DNA of 64,000 nucleotides from an uncultured Clostridia bacterium. Lineage in GTDB: Bacteria; Bacillota; Clostridia; TANB77; CAG-508. The notes beneath the pieces were generated by a model. The model did not search any database, was not told where the DNA came from, and saw only the letters and a program-made list of their open reading frames with translations. The translations under genes were made by a program, and so were the position numbers. Each line of letters begins with the position of its first letter. Within the stretch, counting starts at the first letter, position 1. The DNA lies in assembly GCA_948875265.1 (NCBI GenBank), contig CAQRYF010000001.1, positions 440 through 64,439 on the forward strand, read 5' to 3'. Below are positions 31,611 through 41,862 of the stretch, in pieces.

Positions 31611-32351
31611 TTATGCTGTTTCTTTTATATATTGTTCAATCACTTCGTTTGTTTTTCCATCTAATTTTAAAACACCATTGCTTAACCATACAGCTCTGTC
31701 ACATAATTCTTTTGCTGAATCCAAACTATGTGTTACAAATACCATGGTTTTTCCTTCTTGTTTTAATTGCTTCATTTTATTAATACATTTTTCTTGGAAA
31801 TGTTGATCTCCTACTGATAGAATTTCATCTACTAATAAGATGTCAGCATCTACGTTGATGGCAACAGCAAAAGCTAATCTCATAAACATACCAGAAGAAT
31901 AAGTTCTTACTGGGTTATCAATATAATCTTTTAATTCTGAAAATTCTATAATTTGTTCTAGTCTATCATCAATTTGTTTTTTCGTCAAACCAAAGATAGA
32001 TGCATTAAAATAGATATTTTCTCTTCCTGAAAAATCTGGGTGAAATCCTGCTCCTAATTCTAGTAAAGATGTTAACTTTCCATTAATCGTAATTTTTCCT
32101 TTATTCGGATAAATTATTTTCGTCATTAATTTTAATAAGGTGGATTTTCCGCTTCCATTTACCCCAATTAAAGCTACTGCTTCTCCTTTTTTGATATTTA
32201 AATTAATACCTTTTAACACTTGTCTTACTTCTTTTCTGTTTCTTTTCCAAAATAGCATTTTTTCTTTTAGACTATTTGCTTTGTCTAAATATACATTAAA
32301 GGTTTTATATACTTCTTGTACTTCTATCATATATTCTTCGTTATTTTTCAC
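31611..32351 (-). CDS. ABC polysaccharide/teichoic acid export ATP-binding protein (TagH/Wzt-like)
   Basis: 246 aa. Walker A GVNGSGKSTL, signature YSSGMFMRLAFA, Walker B ILLVDE. Confidence 0.9.
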   Translation of the reverse strand: MKNNEEYMIEVQEVYKTFNVYLDKANSLKEKMLFWKRNRKEVRQVLKGINLNIKKGEAVALIGVNGSGKSTLLKLMTKIIYPNKGKITINGKLTSLLELGAGFHPDFSGRENIYFNASIFGLTKKQIDDRLEQIIEFSELKDYIDNPVRTYSSGMFMRLAFAVAINVDADILLVDEILSVGDQHFQEKCINKMKQLKQEGKTMVFVTHSLDSAKELCDRAVWLSNGVLKLDGKTNEVIEQYIKETA

Positions 32352-35300
32352 GATTTGTGTCCTCCTTTTATCTTATGAACCCCTTTATATATTACATTTT
32401 TGCCTTTTCTTCCTAATGAATAGGTACCTTTTCCTATCCCAAATAGGACTTTGTGATTTTTAAACATTTCTTGCATTCTTCTTTTAAAAGTTGGTCTATC
32501 ATATAATAAATAATAGATAAATCGAATAGGCTTACTATGATGTTCCAAATCAGGATATGGATTATAATCCAAATAGCCATCTTTAACACCAACTAACTCT
32601 CCACCATAAATTAATTTTTCCATGGTTCTTTGATTTTTATAGCCTAATTCTTTGTTCCATTCTGTTGTCATTTTTACTGGTTCTTTTAATCGTACATCAT
32701 CTTCAAAATAAATAGCATTAAAAATAGATTGGTCTCTTTCTTTGGCTGAATTGATATAAGCCATCATTGGTAATGACACATAATATCTTTCATAATACAA
32801 TTCTTTTATTTCGTCCTCAAAAATATTGGTCATATCTTTTACAAAGTCAATGGCTGCATTTTGCATAATACTAATAATAAACTCTTCTTGATAAGTTTTA
32901 TTATATTTTTCAAATACAGGTTCTACTCCCTTTTCTTTGATTTCATATCCAATACAAGATGGTGCTAAAGCAGATAACATAGATTCATAAGCAAATCCAG
33001 TAGCAGATGGCTTGCCATCAAAAAATGTTTTTAATTGAAATCCTGCCATGTCAGAATGACGGAAAGCTTCATCCATATTGATATTTAAGAAATACGTATC
33101 AATTGGTTTTTGACATAGATTAGACAAAAATAATTCTGGTCTTGCACTATATCCAATATCAAAGTTAGCAGAATGTCCTTCATAAATTTTATCAAAATAC
33201 GTTTTTAGACTTTCCAAATTTTTCTTGTGTTTTGCTTCATCGTATAGGTTGTCTACTACGACTTTAATAAATTGATTAAAATTCATGATGGTTTTTAGCT
33301 TTTTGTCTATCTCTATGTTATTCTTTTTTAAGATTCCTTCTGCATTTTCATTTTCTTTGATACAACTTTTTAAGTATTTTAGAATTTCTCTTGGTGTATG
33401 GTTGGTTACGTTAATACACTCTGGTAATTTGTAAAAGTCTAGTTGATTCATGATTGTAATTGGAATAAGAGATTTTCTAGATACATATAGATATTTTTCC
33501 TCTGGTACCGCTTCATATAAGTGTTTCATAATTTTATAAGCTTCCATTGGTAAATAGCCATCTCTTGCCATAAATACCAAGCTTTTGTAATCTTGTCCAG
33601 AAGTTTGTTCTAATAACCATTTACTAATTCCAAATGTATACATTCCTAGTATATAGTATCCTATAATATAAGGGTCTGCATTAAAATCAGAATCTTTGTT
33701 AAAGTTTCGATATGGATTATCAAAATACTGATTGGCTGCCATGGCAAACATCGTTCTAATTCCTAAGAAATTCATGGCATTGGCATTGTCTCTCCAAAAT
33801 GGCATACTTTGGGTAAACATTTTACCAAAATAATTTACTTTATCTTTGTCTAAAGCTACTCCAACAGCTTTTGGTAAATGCCCTGTATTTATTTTTTGTT
33901 TTCTTGGCATTTCTACATCAGATTGGTAATTGTCCCCTATATGTAATAGTTCTTCATTGTTTATTTTTAAGTCTTCTAAAACATATTCATATAAATTTCC
34001 TCTTGCTTTTGTTAGTTTTATTTCTGATGATAGGTACATTTTTTTGTGTTTGTTATAACCATTTTTATCTAGTATCTTTTGGATTACTTCTTTAGATAAG
34101 TACATATCTGAAGTAAGTACTACTTTCTTTCCCATCGCCAATGCTAATGTATATAGTTCATATCCAACGTTTCTTCTTTCGCAAAAACGAATTTCATATT
34201 CAATTTCTTTTTGTTTTACTTTTTCAAGTATTTGCTTGTCCATGTTATATTCTGTCTCTATGGTATTGTAGATTTCATCTAATGTAATTTCTTGGCATTT
34301 CTCATTTTCGATTCTTTCTCTGGTTAATTGCTCACAGTAAACTCTTATTTTAGAAAAGTCCATACCAGATGCACCATTTGTATATTCTCTAAAGTATTTA
34401 TTTAATAAGATAAATAAGTCCTTTGGTTCAAAAAATGGTCTTTTGATTAAAGTATCAAATATATCAAAACTAACACATTTTATGTTTTTATCACAAATTG
34501 CTAATTTCAAGTTTTCTAATCCATCGTTCCAGTTGGTTACTACACTATAAAAATATTCTGCATTTTGTATTTTAGGAGCATTTGGATAAAACTCATTTAT
34601 CATTTCTTCTGCTTTTTGTTTTTCCTCTTTTGTCATTTCAGACATTTCTTTGTATGACTTTTGTTGATTCGCATATAAACATTTCCATTTATTGAATTTT
34701 TCTTTGTATTTTTCATATTGGTTCACTTCTTTTAAGAAGTTTTCGATAAAGTTAAAAGAAGTTGTTATATCTGCTATGTTTTTTTGGAACTTTTTAAATT
34801 TCAAATCTTTAACAGATGTAGATGTTGTTTCATGCTTACAGTAATAAACACAATCGTTTTCCACTTTGGTTAGTTTTTTAGCATAGTAAAATAACACGGT
34901 TGAAAATGCAAAATCTTCCGTCATTAATAAATGTGTGGTTATTTTTTTATAATGTTTTAAAGCTTGATTCCAAATGTCTTTTTTATAAATTTTATTCCAT
35001 ATAATATGCCAATCAAAAGATAATCCTTCTTGGTCAAAATATTTTTCTAAGCACTCTTCTCCTGTTAGATTAAGAGGTTTTGCATCAAATAGATTATAAA
35101 CTTCTTTTCTGCCATTATCATATTCAAGTACCATATTTCCCATGGCAATGTCTGAATTATTTTCTTGGATATTATTCATCAAGGTTCGATAATAATCGAT
35201 AGAAACATAGTCATCGCTATCCAAAAACGCTATATATTCGCCTGTTGCAATACTTGCTCCTGTAATTCTTGCTTGAAATAGTCCTTTATTTTTTTCATGT

Positions 35301-35497
35301 TTGATATATTTTACTCGATTGTCTATTTTTTGGTATTTTTCCGCAATTTCTTCACAATTTCCTTGTGAACAGTCATTTACTATAATAATTTCTATATTTT
35401 TATAAGATTGTTCTAATAATCTGTCTAAACATTTTTCCATATATTTTTCAGCATTATATACTGGTACAATAATCGATAATTTTTTGTCTTTTTCCAT
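32348..35497 (-). CDS. large multidomain protein: GT2, HAD-like phosphatase/phosphotransferase domain, ~500-aa uncharacterised C-domain
   Basis: 1049 aa. SIIVPVYNAEKY...DSDD (GT2), then VSFDIFDTLIKRPF (DxDxT), TSDMY and GDNYQSD (HAD motifs II-IV). Paralogue of the upstream gene. Confidence 0.75.
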   Translation of the reverse strand: MEKDKKLSIIVPVYNAEKYMEKCLDRLLEQSYKNIEIIIVNDCSQGNCEEIAEKYQKIDNRVKYIKHEKNKGLFQARITGASIATGEYIAFLDSDDYVSIDYYRTLMNNIQENNSDIAMGNMVLEYDNGRKEVYNLFDAKPLNLTGEECLEKYFDQEGLSFDWHIIWNKIYKKDIWNQALKHYKKITTHLLMTEDFAFSTVLFYYAKKLTKVENDCVYYCKHETTSTSVKDLKFKKFQKNIADITTSFNFIENFLKEVNQYEKYKEKFNKWKCLYANQQKSYKEMSEMTKEEKQKAEEMINEFYPNAPKIQNAEYFYSVVTNWNDGLENLKLAICDKNIKCVSFDIFDTLIKRPFFEPKDLFILLNKYFREYTNGASGMDFSKIRVYCEQLTRERIENEKCQEITLDEIYNTIETEYNMDKQILEKVKQKEIEYEIRFCERRNVGYELYTLALAMGKKVVLTSDMYLSKEVIQKILDKNGYNKHKKMYLSSEIKLTKARGNLYEYVLEDLKINNEELLHIGDNYQSDVEMPRKQKINTGHLPKAVGVALDKDKVNYFGKMFTQSMPFWRDNANAMNFLGIRTMFAMAANQYFDNPYRNFNKDSDFNADPYIIGYYILGMYTFGISKWLLEQTSGQDYKSLVFMARDGYLPMEAYKIMKHLYEAVPEEKYLYVSRKSLIPITIMNQLDFYKLPECINVTNHTPREILKYLKSCIKENENAEGILKKNNIEIDKKLKTIMNFNQFIKVVVDNLYDEAKHKKNLESLKTYFDKIYEGHSANFDIGYSARPELFLSNLCQKPIDTYFLNINMDEAFRHSDMAGFQLKTFFDGKPSATGFAYESMLSALAPSCIGYEIKEKGVEPVFEKYNKTYQEEFIISIMQNAAIDFVKDMTNIFEDEIKELYYERYYVSLPMMAYINSAKERDQSIFNAIYFEDDVRLKEPVKMTTEWNKELGYKNQRTMEKLIYGGELVGVKDGYLDYNPYPDLEHHSKPIRFIYYLLYDRPTFKRRMQEMFKNHKVLFGIGKGTYSLGRKGKNVIYKGVHKIKGGHKS

Positions 35498-38361
35498 TTT
35501 TTATATAAATCCTTTCCTTCACCTTTCTTGTCCTTACCTATCTTATATTTTTTATGCTTTCTTGTCAAGTTTCTTCTTATTTTTTTCCTCCGAAGTAATT
35601 GACTCATTTTCTCAATATATTTCCATTTTTTGCTGTTGTATATCTTATTTATCTCTTCTTCTTTTGTTTGATATTTTTTAGCCATTTCATCTTTTTCATT
35701 TTGTAATACTTTTATTTCCTCTTGTAATGCTTTCTTTTCCTCTTCTAATTTTTCTGTATATTTCGTATAAAATAGCTCGGTTGTCCTTTTTTGTTTTTTC
35801 TCTTCTATTTCTCGGTTCCATTCCTCGATAGCTGTTATTTTTTCTCCTAACCCAACCGCATCTTCTAAATCAACCCCATAAAAAATTTCTTGGTCTAGCT
35901 TTTTAGGTGAATTGATATACATTTCATGTGGTAAAGAAATGTAATATCTTTGATAATATAATTTTTGTATATCTTCTCCAAAAATATTGGTTATATCATT
36001 GATAAATTGGATTGCTTTATTTTGCATCGCATCTAATATAAATCTTTCTTGCTCTTTTGCACTTTCTTCTTCAAATACTGGTATTACTTGATTATCTTCC
36101 CCTAACTCATACCCAATGCAAGATGGATCTGAAGTTGATATTAAAATTTCTCTTACTACACCAGTAATAGCTGGTCTATAATCAAAATAGGTGTGTAATT
36201 GCATTCCCCCTATTTTAGCATGTTCTAACGCCTCTTCATTACTGATATTTACAAAATAGGCATCAATTGGCTTTCCACACAATTTTGATAAATACATTTC
36301 TGGTTTTGCACTATATCCAATATCAAAGGCACAAGCCTTTTCACTAAATATATGAGAGAAATAACTTTTTAGTTTTTCTAACATTTCTTCGTGTTTGTTT
36401 TTATCATAAAATTTGTCGATTATCAAGTTCATATAGCGATTAAATTCACTTTTTGTTTCAAATTTTTGATTCGTATCTATTCCGTTTTTTTGGCATTCTT
36501 CTTCTAAATCTTCTAAGTGATATATGATATTTTTCATATATTTTAATATCGTTTTCGGTGTGTATTTATAGATATCGATTAATTCAGATAATTTATAAAA
36601 GTCGAATGAATTGTTTAAAGTGGCTGGCACTAAAGCACGTCTAGAAATATATAAATATTCTTCTTCTGGTGCTTCATCATAGGCCTTTTTTAGGATTTGA
36701 TAAGCTTTCATCATCCAATAACCATCTCTTGCAAAAAATACAATTTTCTCATAATTTTTTTGCTTCGTATCTTTTAAAAGCCAATCTGCTATTCCAAATA
36801 AATGCATTCCTAAAGCATAATATCCAATTAGATTTGGGTCTGCATTAAAGTCAGTTTCATTATGAAAGGTTCGATAAGGATTATCAAAGTAGGAATTAGC
36901 CACTAAAGCAAGCATACAACGAATTCCTAAAAAGTTAATACCGTTTTGATTATTTTCCCATATTGGTATGTTTTGGTTAAACAAACATCCTAAAGCATTG
37001 GTTATATTTTTATTACAGAAAACATCTACTGCTTTTGGTAAGAATTGTCCATTAATTCCATTTTGATTTGCCTTTTCATAATCAGAGTGATAGTTATCTC
37101 CTATGTGAACCATTTCTCCCGGCTCTACTTGTAAATCTTTTATCACATAAGAATACAAGTCCCCACAAAATTTGGTTACTCCTATTTGAGCTGATAAATA
37201 GATGTTATCCATCTTATAATCATTTTTATTTAATATTTTCTTTATTGTTTCCATAGGAAGATACATATCTGATGTAGCAATTACTGTTTTACCTAGATAT
37301 TTTGCTAATCCATAGATTTCTTTTCCTGTTTTTCTTTCGGTACAGAATTTTATTTCTAATTCTTGTTCTTTTTGTTTCATTTTTTCTATGATTTCATCTT
37401 CTAGTTTGGTTTGATTTTGTATTTCTTCATAGATTTCATCTAATGTTATTTCTTGTTTTGCTTTATTTTTTCTTCTTGTCTCTTTTTCCGCTTCTACTCT
37501 TATCTTAGAAAAATCCATTCCTGTTTCTATTTTTGTAATTTCTCTAAAATATTGATTTAAAAACACAAATAAATCAATTGGGTTCCAAAAAGGTCTCATA
37601 ATTAAAGTATCAAAAATATCAAAACTTACTATCTTAGTTTTAGAGTTTATAATTTCTTTTTTTAGTTTTTCTAAATTATCATTCCATGCTGTTTTGATTT
37701 TGGTTATCCTATCGCTTTCTAATTCTGTCTCTTCAAATTGATGAAACAACACTTCATTTTTTACCATTCTTAATGTTCGACTATACCCAAACATAATCAA
37801 AAAGAAATCATAGTTTTTTACATTTTCTTTTTGGCAGACTTCTTGTAATGTTTTTTCAAATAATTCTTTTGTGTATATCTTATTTCCATATACACGCCAT
37901 AAAAAAGAGCTTTTTGCTTGTTTTAAGTATTCTTCTAAAATCATTTCGCGTTCTAAGTTCTTTAAAGAAGCTTCACTTAAATTTAAATAGGCTCTCCCAC
38001 CATCTGCATATTGTAAAATGCTGTTACTTATGACGATATCAGCATTCTCTTCTATTGCAGTTGCTACCATAGTCCTGTAATAATCAATTGATACACTATC
38101 TTCACTATTTAAGATTGAAATAAAATCTCCTGTTAATAAGTCTTTGTTTTCTTGTATACTTTTCCACAAATTTTCATCATAGCCAATAAACTTAACCATT
38201 GGATACGCCAATTGAATTGGCTCTATTTTTTCTTCTCGTCCTTTTTGATAAAAAACTAGTAGCTCCATATCTTTTTGATAGCTTTGTTGGCTTATTTCTT
38301 TGATGCTTTCTTCTATCTTATGATTTCCAATCATAAGAACGGATATTTTTTTGTTATCCAT
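35425..38361 (-). CDS. paralogous GT2-like / HAD-like multidomain protein (true 3' end possibly 35577)
   Basis: 978 aa in the track. VSFDIFDTLIMRPF, TSDMY, GDNYHSD. The last 55 codons follow an in-frame CGG at 35592 and overlap the next gene by 73 nt. The +1 frame stops at 35579-35577. Confidence 0.75.
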   Translation of the reverse strand: MDNKKISVLMIGNHKIEESIKEISQQSYQKDMELLVFYQKGREEKIEPIQLAYPMVKFIGYDENLWKSIQENKDLLTGDFISILNSEDSVSIDYYRTMVATAIEENADIVISNSILQYADGGRAYLNLSEASLKNLEREMILEEYLKQAKSSFLWRVYGNKIYTKELFEKTLQEVCQKENVKNYDFFLIMFGYSRTLRMVKNEVLFHQFEETELESDRITKIKTAWNDNLEKLKKEIINSKTKIVSFDIFDTLIMRPFWNPIDLFVFLNQYFREITKIETGMDFSKIRVEAEKETRRKNKAKQEITLDEIYEEIQNQTKLEDEIIEKMKQKEQELEIKFCTERKTGKEIYGLAKYLGKTVIATSDMYLPMETIKKILNKNDYKMDNIYLSAQIGVTKFCGDLYSYVIKDLQVEPGEMVHIGDNYHSDYEKANQNGINGQFLPKAVDVFCNKNITNALGCLFNQNIPIWENNQNGINFLGIRCMLALVANSYFDNPYRTFHNETDFNADPNLIGYYALGMHLFGIADWLLKDTKQKNYEKIVFFARDGYWMMKAYQILKKAYDEAPEEEYLYISRRALVPATLNNSFDFYKLSELIDIYKYTPKTILKYMKNIIYHLEDLEEECQKNGIDTNQKFETKSEFNRYMNLIIDKFYDKNKHEEMLEKLKSYFSHIFSEKACAFDIGYSAKPEMYLSKLCGKPIDAYFVNISNEEALEHAKIGGMQLHTYFDYRPAITGVVREILISTSDPSCIGYELGEDNQVIPVFEEESAKEQERFILDAMQNKAIQFINDITNIFGEDIQKLYYQRYYISLPHEMYINSPKKLDQEIFYGVDLEDAVGLGEKITAIEEWNREIEEKKQKRTTELFYTKYTEKLEEEKKALQEEIKVLQNEKDEMAKKYQTKEEEINKIYNSKKWKYIEKMSQLLRRKKIRRNLTRKHKKYKIGKDKKGEGKDLYKKWKKTKNYRLLYQYIMLKNIWKNV

Positions 38362-38370
38362 AAACTCCTC

Positions 38371-39255
38371 CTATTTAAACATCTTCTTAGTTTTCATTCT
38401 TCCTGGTCCATACAGCAATATAACTAACAATTTGTTTAATCTTCCTTTTATATTTTTTATAGGATTTTTCTTTTTGGTTAAGGTTGTAAATAATATATAA
38501 TGTTTGATAACATATAACCTTTTGGAAAATTTCACACCTTTAAAATCTTTTTGTAAGATTTCTTTAAAATACTCATAATAGCCATAAGGATTTTCTTTGA
38601 ATTGGTTGGTAATATTTTTCGTATATCCTTCTTCTTGGTATTCACATATCATAATTGGTTGATTGATTCCAATTATTTTATATTTTTCGTCCATTTGATG
38701 ATGCATTCTTGCTTCTGTTGAAAATCTCTCTTTTTTCTCTATTTTATATTGATATTGTTTACGTATTTTAGTAAAATATACCAATGCTTTTTCTCCGTTT
38801 TCTCCTTCTTTGAAATAAAGGTCAAACATGGTGGTTTCTGTTTTTGGAAATTCATTTCCCATGTTGTTTCCTTTGGTATCATATTTTAAGAAACATAGGG
38901 CATAAATATCTGTTCTTTCCTTGTTTTCCTCCCATGCTTTTTTTATCACAGCAAAAGCATCTTTAGTAAAATAATCATCTGAATCACATTCTACTAGCAA
39001 CTCCCCTGTTGCATATGGTACTAATTGGTTGATAGCTACCATTTTTCCTTGGTTTTCTTGTTCGTAATATTGAATGGTAATTTTGTTTTCTTTTTGAAAG
39101 CCTTCTATTACCGCTTTGGTATTATCTGTTGAGCCATCATTCATAATAAGCCATTCTATTTCTACTCCATATTTCGTGTTTTCTAATAAGCTATGATACA
39201 GATTTTCTAATAAGCCCTCTCGATTATATGTTGGTGTTAACACTGATATTTTCAT
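38371..39255 (-). CDS. family-2 glycosyltransferase
   Basis: 294 aa. VLTPTYNREG...NDGSTDNT...CDSDD. Confidence 0.85.
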   Translation of the reverse strand: MKISVLTPTYNREGLLENLYHSLLENTKYGVEIEWLIMNDGSTDNTKAVIEGFQKENKITIQYYEQENQGKMVAINQLVPYATGELLVECDSDDYFTKDAFAVIKKAWEENKERTDIYALCFLKYDTKGNNMGNEFPKTETTMFDLYFKEGENGEKALVYFTKIRKQYQYKIEKKERFSTEARMHHQMDEKYKIIGINQPIMICEYQEEGYTKNITNQFKENPYGYYEYFKEILQKDFKGVKFSKRLYVIKHYILFTTLTKKKNPIKNIKGRLNKLLVILLYGPGRMKTKKMFK

Positions 39256-39263
39256 ATTTTCTC

Positions 39264-40371
39264 CTAGTTTTCTAGTAATCGTTTTATTTTTCCTAATAGA
39301 TCTTGATTACTATATTCCTTTCTTGGTGTTTTTTCTGTTTTTGAATTTTCTATTATTTCTTTTAAGGTTTGATAGATTCCTTCTGCTGAGTTCTCAGCAA
39401 TTTGGTAGTCTTCATAATTTTGTAAGGTTTCTCTTGCTGAGGTATCAGTTATTACAATTGGTTTTTGTAAAATTTGAGCTTCTAGTAATACCATAGGATA
39501 TCCTTCAAAGTGAGATAATAAACAAAAATAATCTCCTGCTTTTATATATGGATACGGATTTTCTTTTTTTCCTAACAAATGAAAGGTATTCTCAACGTTC
39601 TTCTTTTTTATCAATTGTTGTAAATTATCTTTTTCTGGTCCATCTCCTATGACATAAAAATGATGTTTTAATCCCTGTTCTACTAATTGGCTATGTACTT
39701 CTATTAATCTATCAATTGCTTTTTGCTCTACCAATCTTGCTACTGTTACAAAATTAATGGTATCTTTATTTAAGCTAATATCTAAATTTTCCTTTGCTTT
39801 TTCTACAATACTATTTTGGTCAATATAGTTGTATATAACCTCTTTATCAATATTTTTTAAGTTGTTGTATACTTTCTCAAATTTTTCTTGATTTTCTTTA
39901 CTTACAAAAATCAATTTTTGATATTTGGCATAGATTTTAGCATCTATCTTTTTCTTTAATTTTGCTTTTATCCCTTTTCCAAAAACAAGTGAAATGTCAT
40001 TATGTACCCATGCAATTTTCTTCGTATTTCTATTTTTTGTACTTAATATTCTGGTAATAGCTCCTTCTAGGAATGCAATTTCTATGTCATAGTCTTCTTT
40101 TATTTTTTTGTGATAAATTACTTTTTGCGTTAGTAGTATTTTTAAAGGCATTGCTATTTTTCTTTGAAATTTGGATAATTCAACATATGGTTTATCGTAT
40201 AAACTTTTTAATTTTACTTTTTGGCTTAATTGTTTTTCTAATTCGCCTTTGGCATAAATAGTAAAAATAGTGATGTCATATTCTTCACACAATTCGTTGG
40301 CAATGTCTACTAATACTCTTTCTGCTCCTCCGTAGTGTTAGACTTGTTATTCCAAATAGGATTTTTTTCAT
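39264..40371 (-). CDS. family-4 (GT-B) glycosyltransferase, interrupted by one extra nucleotide at 40332
   Basis: ATG 40371 (RBS GGAG) gives MKKILFGITSLTL, then an in-frame CGG. The +1 frame reads GGAERVLVDIANELCEEYDITIF... and joins the 342-aa ORF. C-terminal EGYPMVLLEAQILQKP. Confidence 0.85.
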
Positions 40372-40454
40372 TTTATTGCTCCTTCCTTTTTTAGTGCTTT
40401 TTCTTAGTTTTATTATCTTAGATATCATATATTATTAAAAACATTGATAAGATA

Positions 40455-41862
40455 TCAACTAATCTTAAGTTTCATAGCATTTATTTTATTTAACAGTATG
40501 GTATTTAAAGCAATAATAATCATCATATTAGAAGAATTAAAGAATGTATAGCCTGCAAAAAAGGAAAGTGCAAAAGTAAAGCCACAACCTAACCAGACCA
40601 TTACATACTCTGTATCCATTTGTTTTCTATACTTTATCATGAAATAACCACCATAAATAAAAATCGTAACAAATGGTATAAAGTAAAGTATAAATCCGTA
40701 TTACTCCAAAATTAAATAGAAAAGCTGGTATTTCCATTTCTATTACTAATTCTCTAAAATTAGCAACATGTCCATTTCCTAGTAATACATAAATCGGATT
40801 ATGCTGATTTTTTACTAATACTATATTGTAAATCAATTGTTGCATACGTTGGTCATTGTTTTTAATATTCCATTGATTTGCAATTTCATATAAATCCAAA
40901 ATGGATTGTTTTTCTGCTTGTCCCATATAACCTTCTTCTAATGTATTAGCATCTATTTTTTCTTTTATCTCTAATATGCTTCCTGTCACATGGGATTGTT
41001 CTTGTTTTTCTGTATCTACTATATTTTTCTCTATATCCTGTAAGTGCTTTCTTCTTTGTAAAGTACTAGAACCAACTGTTATTACAACTATGATAATGGT
41101 TATAACAGCCATTAATCCGCCTGCTATTACCTTTTTATTGATTTTTCCTTTTTGTTTTAAAGTCATTATTGTTTCTACTATTACATATAAAATAACAACT
41201 AAAATAAATCCTAATAATCCTACTCTAGTTCCTAATAGCGTACATAAGAATATGCCTTCTGCTAAAATAGTTGGAATGGCAATTTTTCTGTATTTAGAAT
41301 CTTTTATGTATTTGATTGTCATGAATAAGGATAGAATTAAGATAGAACCTAGGCTATTTCCAGATTCAAACCATCCTTTGTATCCCATTCCTTCGATATA
41401 GGTACTAGAAGATGTTTTGGTTACAATGGCAATTAATATCGATGTCATATATATCACATTTGCAATCAATACACTTTTTGATAATTTCCCAATATCTTCT
41501 TCGTCTTGAAACACGGTAATATATAAAATCAAGTTAACTATCATATAAGAATAATTGATAATGTACTGTGCTTCGTGTGTAATTCCTCCATAACTGCTTC
41601 CTGTTATTACGCTTCTAAATACTAGCAAATGCAATATTTCATATACTGCGTAGATTGCTCCTATTAAGCTTAAACGTATTTTAAATTTCTTATCCATTTT
41701 TAAAAATAAATATAAAATGGCAATAGTAGGTATGATAGGTCTTAAAAAGGTAGATGGTGAAATGTTGGTATGAAACGCATTTCGAAAGATAAAACTCATC
41801 ATATCTAAAATTGGACACAATATAATAAAAATACATAATATGTTTTTTTCTATTTTTTTCAT
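40455..41862 (-). CDS. O-antigen polymerase/ligase-like (Wzy-type) polytopic membrane protein, interrupted at 40698
   Basis: 411-aa and 61-aa ORFs are joined by a +1 shift at in-frame CGG 40698-40696, giving ...FNFGVI-GFILYFIPFVTIFIYGGYFMIKYRKQ..., a continuous TM helix. Confidence 0.7.
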
